Shown in pieces: positions 20,401-29,400 of a stretch of DNA of 64,000 nt. Origin of the DNA: Clostridia bacterium (GTDB lineage Bacteria > Bacillota > Clostridia > Christensenellales > UBA1242). Positions within the stretch are counted from its first letter, which is position 1. The number at the start of each line of letters is the position of its first letter. The notes beneath the pieces are model-generated. The model searched no databases and was not told the origin of the DNA. It was given only the letters and a program-made list of their open reading frames with translations. The DNA lies in assembly GCA_017453125.1 (NCBI GenBank), contig JAFTKS010000012.1, forward strand, positions 187,790 to 251,789, written 5' to 3'. Position numbers and translations under genes: made by a program.

Positions 20401-23400
20401 TAATATTATAAGTCTCAGCATTAAGAACATTACTTCCAAATGTGATATCTGTAATAAGTCTTAAGTACTTATCAGATTTATAATTTAGTTCTGCTATATT
20501 ATTTCCATCTGTATCTATTTGGTTAATGAAAATATTAAAGTCGCTTGCATTCTTGACTAAATATGGATTAAGAATACTTGCACCATATTCAATGCTTACA
20601 CTATTGCCATCTTCACTCTTATCATTCTTTTCTAGAATAGAGAAATATTCATAGTTATTGTCTGACTGAGGAAGTTTTGTTGTTTCTGATAACTCGATGA
20701 ATTTAATATCGAAATAACTCATATTTTTGAATGAATTACTTGAGATAATAGATTCAATAATCATATTTGTTATTCTAGATTTTAAATTTGCATCAGTATC
20801 GACAAGTTCAAATCCTTCTTTTTCCAAATATATATCAACCTTAATATATTGATACAATAATTTTTCAAAATCAGATTCTTTTATATCGCTAAACTTATAA
20901 TCTTTATAAATATCATTATAGCTATTAAGAGTTGTAACAATTTCAGACTTGCTAATAGCTGTAGCAATGGTAGAATCCAAATTGTTATTAACGGCATTAA
21001 TTAAATTCACACCATTACACTCAATAATTGTTGGTTGAATATTATCTCTTGAGAAATTATAAGTAATATCAGAATAGTCAAGCAAGATATTAGCATATAC
21101 ACTTTCCACTATTTTCGAAGTACTATCTGAAACATAATACTTAAGACTCATAGTATTTAAGTTCGCAGAAACTAGTTGAGGTGTACCAAATGTATAATAG
21201 CTATCTTGGAAATAAACACTTGAATTTGTTAATATGTTTGGATAGAACCAAACAGCACCAACAGTTTTCTTTATTGCATCTTCTTTGTTTAAGATATCAT
21301 CATAATTCGGAGCAAATGCAAATGTTTCGAAAGTATTGTAACTACTCAATTTACTAATCGAAATTGCTGTAGCCTTTTGTTTTTCTTGATCGGAAATAGT
21401 GATGATGTCTTTGTTTTTCTCGCCCTCAGTTTCAAAGTCTGAAGAAATAGCCTTCAAGAAATAAGCATTAGTAATATCTCCACTATCTCTTGCAACACCA
21501 TTTGTTAAATCTTCCATTGCAATAAATGGATAGTTGTTATCTTTGTCATATACTCCACTTGCTAGAGTATAAACATTATTGATTATTCCGCTATTTTCAA
21601 ATACAAATCCGACTGAGTATGAGCCTCTTACAAGCAAGTTTGCATAACTATCTTGAATAGAACCAGAGTTTTTGAATACGAATCCAGAACTATTTCCACC
21701 AATAGAAATTGCTCCTGTATTTTTAAGTCTTATACCAAGGTTATCATATCCAACGCCTACAAAGTTCTCTAAATCAGTAATTCCGGTTAAATTTTTAGGA
21801 TATTGAGAAGTGCTACTTGCATAACTATAAGCAATTCTTCCTGCATTTTCGAATACAAATGCAGATGACCCTGCTTCATAACCAGAGGCTGACGATACTT
21901 GAGATACTATATTTCCACCCTTGAAATAACTTGAAGCAATAATCGCATTCTCTTTATTTTCGGCAACAAATCCAGCAACACGATTCAAACCAAATATACT
22001 TATGTTATTAATATTAGAATTTGATATGTATCCTTCGTTTACACCAACCAAGCCACCAATGTTATGTTTTGCACTTGTGGTTACAGAACCATAATCTAAA
22101 GCTATTTTTGTCAAATATCTTTGAACAGATTCTTTTTGATTGTTTTCATTTATAAAGTAAGATTTATTGATTGTTTCACCAATTTGATATTCTGAAATCA
22201 ATCCCCTTTGTGCTAACATTTCATTTCTTTCATTGCGATGAGAATTAGCATTGTTTGTTACTTTTACATTAGTTACAATTCCTTTGTTAACACCTGCTAA
22301 CAAACCAAATGTAACTTGTGAATAATTAGCAACATCAATTGACAAATCGGCATTCTTAAATTCATCTAATCCAGTTGTAGGATTCTTGATAATTGCATCG
22401 TCTGAAATAATCGACTCATCATTCTTGACTTCAAGAATTAAGTTTTTGATTGTTGTTTTTTCAGATATTTCTGAGAACAATCCAAGAGTTAATTGTCTAT
22501 TAGTAGATTCTTCATTGTTTGAATCTGAAGTAATCGTAGTATTATAGAAATTCTTGATTGTAATTACATATCCATTACCATCTAACGACGCTATTGGAGT
22601 ATTGAGAGGTGCCCAGTCTGAAACAGTTATATCACTAAGAAGGATATAATATCCACCCTCTTCCATATTTCTAAGTTCTTTTTCTGTATAGATAGGTTCT
22701 GGATTTTCTTCGTTTGAAAGTCTTGTGAATTGCAATCCAAATCTACAATATGGATCAAATACAAAGTCTGAAGTAGTAATTGATGGATTGACTCTTACAC
22801 CACCCTCGGCTTTGGCAGTATATTCAATCTTAACAGATGCCTGCAAAATACTACTTGGATTCTTTGCATTATTTTTAATAGTCAAATATTCGCCATTAGC
22901 AGAAATTTGGAAGTCAGAATACTTTTCTCCAGCAACAAGAGGAACTAGTATATCGCCTGAAATTACTGAGAATGTACCTGCACTTGCTTTGGATAATTCA
23001 TCTTCTAATTTGCTAATTTTAGATGAAATTACGCCATCGTGATTGGCATCAAATTCTTCATCATAAGAAGCTTTTAGAATAACCCTTAGATCATAAGGTT
23101 GATTGTATATACCAACAAATTTTCCAATTGACTCATCTACATACTTAACTGAAATTCCATCAATTGTATATAAAGCAAGTCTTACAACAACAGTATCAGT
23201 TGCAGTATAAGTCACACCATTAACATTCAATACAACTTTTGCAGTTATTGAAATATCTTTTCCAATATAATCTGTATATGAATCCCCTAATTCTGCAAGT
23301 GTTTTGATTGTAAGTTGAGCTTTTGTAGAATCAATCCAAATAGGTTCAATTGAGTTTAATACTTTTTCAACTCCACCAACAATATCTGTTGATAACTCCC

Positions 23401-26400
23401 AATTTACTTGATTCTTGGAAGTAACGCCAATATCAAGTGTTTGACCAAATGCAACAACACCATTTTTTGCACCATTGATATTAAGTCTTACACTAGGAGA
23501 TTGAGCAACGGTAATATCAATAGTCTTACTATCTATTTCTTTTCCATCAAGATATGCCCTATAGGTAATTGTGAACTTTGGAGAAGTATCGGTATTGATT
23601 GAAGGAACCAATGTTCTTATATATAATTTTCCATTATATGCAAAGTGCTCTGTTCCAGAGTTGTCTACAAATACATTGCTCAATTTTGAAACACGAATAG
23701 TTCTACCATTATTCAATACTTCTCTATAATCAGTTTCTGCTTTGTAATATCCATCAAAGATATTAAAGTTCGAATCTTGATATACAGCTACCAATTGCTC
23801 AAGAGAAATATAATATGTACCATTGTATAAACTTGATTCAAATTCTACATAATCAACACTAGCAAAGTTTGGAACCAAATTTAATTCTAGAAGTCCTGCG
23901 TGTCCCGACACCAATGTATTTGATTGATAATAATCGTTTCTTTCGTATTCTGTTTGACCATCAATATACTCATCTACAGCAGAATAATGACGTAGCATTG
24001 AGTCGTTGATATCTTGTTTATTAATAATTAATTCGCTAGTTGCTATTTTTACATTTTTCATATAATCAACAACAGCATAACTAATATTATAAATTTTTGC
24101 CAAATCACTATCGTATAGATAATGTTCTGGAATACTGAAAGCAAGTTCATATTTAATTTCTTTCACATCAATGAAATTGCCCGATGCGTCTACTGCACCA
24201 TTTTCGTCTAGTATTAGTTCTCTTGATACTACGTCAAGTTGAATTTTGTCAAAATAATAACTAGCACCTTCTTCAAGTACAATTCCAGAGAATGTAGTTG
24301 AATCAGACATTGAAGTAATGGTAGTCTTTAGAATCTCTTCTACTTTTGTAATATCATTATATAAAGTAACCGAAGTATTACCTTTTACATTAAAGTACAA
24401 TTCACTATCCTCTTTGTCTGTATCAACGCTAATAAACATTGTAGCAGTATTTAGAGGAGAAATAGTTTGTGTTTTTGTAGAGGTAATTCCATAAGTTCCT
24501 TTGATTACATCAAGAACCAATAATTTAGCAATGCTATTATTGATATATCCTGTCGGAACATCTGTTCCATCAATATTTTCAGTAATATAATCTATAGCAT
24601 TTTTTGCTTTTGTGAAATCATACAAGAAAGTGATTTCACTATTATTAATAATATATGGAACTGCAAGAAGTTTGATATCATCTTGTTCTTCAATACCTAT
24701 TATATCAAGTTGAGTTGAACTATCAACATATAGAGCGTAAGTATCCCCTAGACCAAATTTTGAATCAAAATACATTCTTTGGAATTCTTGATTATTAATC
24801 TTAATTCCTTCAAACGAAAAGTCTAGATTTGCATCATAAAGTATTGTATCACTTCCATTAACAAGGAAATATCTAATTCCATAATTGTCGCTAGTCTTTA
24901 ACTTTAAGATTGCTTTGTCTTTCATATAGTTTTCTAGCATTTCGTTTTCAAGATCAAGCGAACCATTGAATTTTGAGAAGAATGTAGTTGTGATATCTTC
25001 ATTCATAACAACACTTAGATTATTATAATCCACTTCAGTGTTGAAACTTGTGTCAGTATACATACCAAATGTGTTAATTGCATTAATGATATTCAAAGTA
25101 AATGACGAACGACTTTCTTTGCTTGGATTATAAGGAGAATAAATTTCAAATGTAACAGAACCAATTCCCTTGGCAACTACATAAACCTCGTCATCAATAA
25201 TTTCAATTTCGGCTATTGAACTATTTGGCTCAATGACAATCATACCATTTTGAAGATATGGAGGAATAATCGCGATATTGATAATATCTGAAAGTTTGTA
25301 TCTATTCATTTGATCAATTCTTGCATTGATAAATTTGCTATAATTTCTATCAATAGAAGAATATTTTCCATCTAAGTTTAGATCTATAACCTTGACAGTC
25401 TCACCATCAATAATCTCACTCTTCCAAGGCATTGTTTTATAATTACTAGAACTAGCATCGGCATAATCAAGTTCATAATAATATATAGTCGTTTTTCCTG
25501 TTGTAATTGTTGATGTTGTATCAAGTATTTGTTCAACAACACTTAGCCAAACATTATTATAATCAATTTTATCATTTATAGCATTTGGGTTTCCAACTAT
25601 AATTGCTCTAGGCGGAATATTAATAATCAAATTAACAAATTTTTCGGATTTTTCTATGTAATAATCTTGTCTTGCAAAACCAATAGGATAACCAATATTT
25701 AATTGACTATTGTAGTATTTCAAATAACGTCCATTAGTATAATCAACTACACCATTTGCAATATTGAATCCGTTTGCTGTTCCAAGAGTACTATCATCAC
25801 CTTGATAGGTGTAAACTTGTTTTAATTCTGAAGCAACCGTATTGCCTTGATCATCAATTGTTATTGAAGTTGGATTTTCGCTACCAAGAGTAGCATTTGT
25901 TTGTCCCCAAGAATAAGTATTTCCATCTACTAGAACGGAAGAAATCAATGAACTAGAATAATAAACTCTTGAAATCGCTGTGTAATTAGCTCCAATTGTT
26001 TGTTTCTCTACACCAAATAAACTTAGAACATAGTTAATATTATAAGTAGCACCAAGAACAACCAAAGATGTCGAAGTTGTAGTTGAACCAATTCCCAAAT
26101 AATCATCTGTAATTTCAGAAATTGTACCAAGTGCAATATTTTGTTTTTCACTACTACCATTATCTTTAATTATAGATACCGCAAGACCAATATTCAAACC
26201 TTTTTGTCCCATATAGAAACTATTATAAGTTACTAAATTAGCAATTTTTAGGTTTCCACTATCAATCTCTTGTCTAGCGCTATTATATATAATTCTTAAT
26301 TTTGCATTAGTTCCCGCACCTTCAATTATTACAGGATTAACAACTTTTCTTTGTTCTCCAGAACTAGCATAACTATCTAATACTCCAGTTGAACCATCGT

Positions 26401-29400
26401 TATTTATAAGTTTAATTAGCGAGTAGCTATTTACAATATTACCAAATTTGTATTGAACACTATCAAATACATTGCTTACTATTGTATTATTTATCAAATC
26501 TCCGAAGTTCAAATTTGTGATTTCTTGAGTCGGCCAAGTTGAATCAGACTCACCTGTTCCTGCTGGCATATACAAATAATCTTGAGAAATACTCAACAAA
26601 TAATTAATTGTAGCGCCTGCATTACTAGTGTAAGTATTGATATTATCAGCATTACCAACAAAACTTCCTGCATTAGCTTTTGTACCAGATATGTTCATTA
26701 ATTTTCCAGAAGTTGTAGTATTATAAATACTTACTATTCCTTCGGCATACCCTAATACACCACCAAAATATAAATTATTTTGAGCAGAAAGAGCAATGTT
26801 TGTACTTACATAACTTGAAGAGATTAAAGCATTGCTAGCATTACCTATAAAGCTAGACACATATTGCAATTGTGAAGACTTAGCGATTACAATATCGCCA
26901 TAATAATCTCCTTTGATATTCGTTGTGTCGTAAGTTTTTGAAATTTCGGCATTTGTTTCAAAATAACTTGCAACTGAATTGTATGCAATATTTGATGCAA
27001 ATTTTATATTTTCAGTAGAAATCTCTTTTAGAGGATCTCCAAAATATTTTCCAATCAATCCACCAACATTGTTTGTAGCATAAATTGATGTATTGAAATA
27101 AGAGTAAATATCTGAGAAATTCAAGAACTGAACTTTGTTTGAATAAATATTTCCACTTGATTTCTGGAATCCTGCAGACAAACTCTCGCTACCATTAACG
27201 TGATAACCAATTAGTCCACCAACATTATTTTTTGCAATAATATTTGGTAATACAACGTTATTGGAAACTCTGTTCATATTTTTTCCAACAACACCACCAA
27301 CGTTATCTTTACCAGATATATAAGCTCTAACAGCAAGCCCATTAATCACACCAGAATTATCATTGCCAACCAAATCGGAAGCATTAATCCCTGCAACACC
27401 ACCAATTATAGTATTGTCGTGAATTGATAATTCATTTGCAGTCTCATAAGCATTATATCTTGGATTTATAATAGTTACAACGTCAAAGCCTTCAAGCCCT
27501 GACGATACAACAAATGAGTTGATATTAGAATCAAGTGCATCAACGTCTTTGGAAATAATTCCTGTATTAACACCTGCTACACCACCTACTCTTGTGTTCT
27601 TTGTTGAAATTGTTGAAGTGTCTTGAATATTGATTGTAGTATATACTTGAGTCGCATCAATAATGCCTGTATTATATCCAACAGCTCCACCTATATTTGT
27701 ATTAAGTGCAAATACTGAATAAGAACCATAATAAGAAATGCCTTTTGAAACGCTAGATCTTCTTATGCTTTCTAACAATGATCCATTGATTTGTGAACCA
27801 ATTGAAGAATCGTTAACAACACAATCTTCTATACGACCTGCATTATAACCAGCAATAGCTCCAACATACTCATTCAAAGTAAATCCATTAGCTGTAACAA
27901 TACTTCCGTATCCAATAATATTAATGGTATGACCACTGATAGTAAGATTGTCTACTCGTCCAGAAGTGCCAATATAACCAAACAATCCGTAATAACTATT
28001 ACCAATATCTTTGCTTGCAGTATCGTTATGGTGATCTACATTGATGTTTAGATTATAAATTCCGAAGTATCTATATACATTTTCAGAAAGTTCATATCTT
28101 CCTGATAGTGTACCAGTGAATGGTAATGATTCACTACCAATAGGCTCCCAATTTGAAATAGATGACAAATTGATATCTTTGACAAGCACATAATTAGCAG
28201 ATAATGAATCTTCATCTTTACCAATTAGTTTAAGCTCTTCAACAGAATCTATCTCAAAAGGAACTCTTTTTCCATTAGCTACACGAAGTGTTATTTCAGT
28301 AAATCTTGAATAAAACTCTTGGTAATTTTGAAGATTTGCAAGAACTTCTGCATTTGGTTTTAATGTACCGCTTTTTGCAGCAATAATGATTTTATACACA
28401 GGATTATCTTGATAAGCTTCAGAGGTCTTCGTGTATGTAAGAACAATTGTACCTTTTTCTGTTACTTTGCAATCAATATCTGTTGGACAAATAATATCAA
28501 TTTCTTTATTAAGCAAATCTGCATTTGGATCTACAGCTTCAAGTTCATAACCAAATTCAACTACATTACCCGATACATAAGAGCCTTTTGATTCGGTCAT
28601 ATCTCTAATATCAAGAGTAATTCTATTATTGAATAATTCAGGAACAATGTTTGAAACCCCTGTTGCCTCTTTTACTATAACATCAATTGGAAGTGTTAAT
28701 GTATGTACAACTTCCTCGCCTTCAGCCGTTATAAATCTCTGAGACAAACTAGCATAAACAATGAAATTTCTAATAGGGTTATCTGCTTGGTTTGTAGGTA
28801 TAGATAATTTTACCTTGTTTTGCTTAGTTTCAATTTTATTCTCTGTAGCATCAATAATAATCTTGCTATGAGAGAGTATTCCGTTACCAAATTGATATTC
28901 ATACCATAGTAGATTTCCCTCATCTTTGTCTGTATACTTTGAATTGTTATTTTGTCCAGCACTCCAAGTCAAATTATAATCAATAGTCGGATTTATTGGA
29001 TTGATATTGATTTCTAAAGATTTATAACCATACAATTCTTCATAAGCATAACCTTTATTATCAGTCACAAACTTTTCATCTAAATCTTCCAAAGAATATA
29101 CAACAACTGAATTGACATTAGATGAAATAGACTTAACTATTGTCTGCGTGAATACCTTAATTTTGATGTATACAGTTTTGCCTTCCGCTTCGCTATCAAA
29201 TTTAAATTCCAACTCAATAGGAGTATCAGAATATGCCTTTACATAAATTTGATTTTGAGAAATTTCAACAATTTGTTTATTTGATGAAATTGGTGTTCTA
29301 ACATTTAATATACCAGCTAGTGATGTTAGCTTTTGTGCAATCAAAGCATTTTCGTCACCAGTCTTTTGTTCTACTCCAAGCAAATAATGGAAATTATATG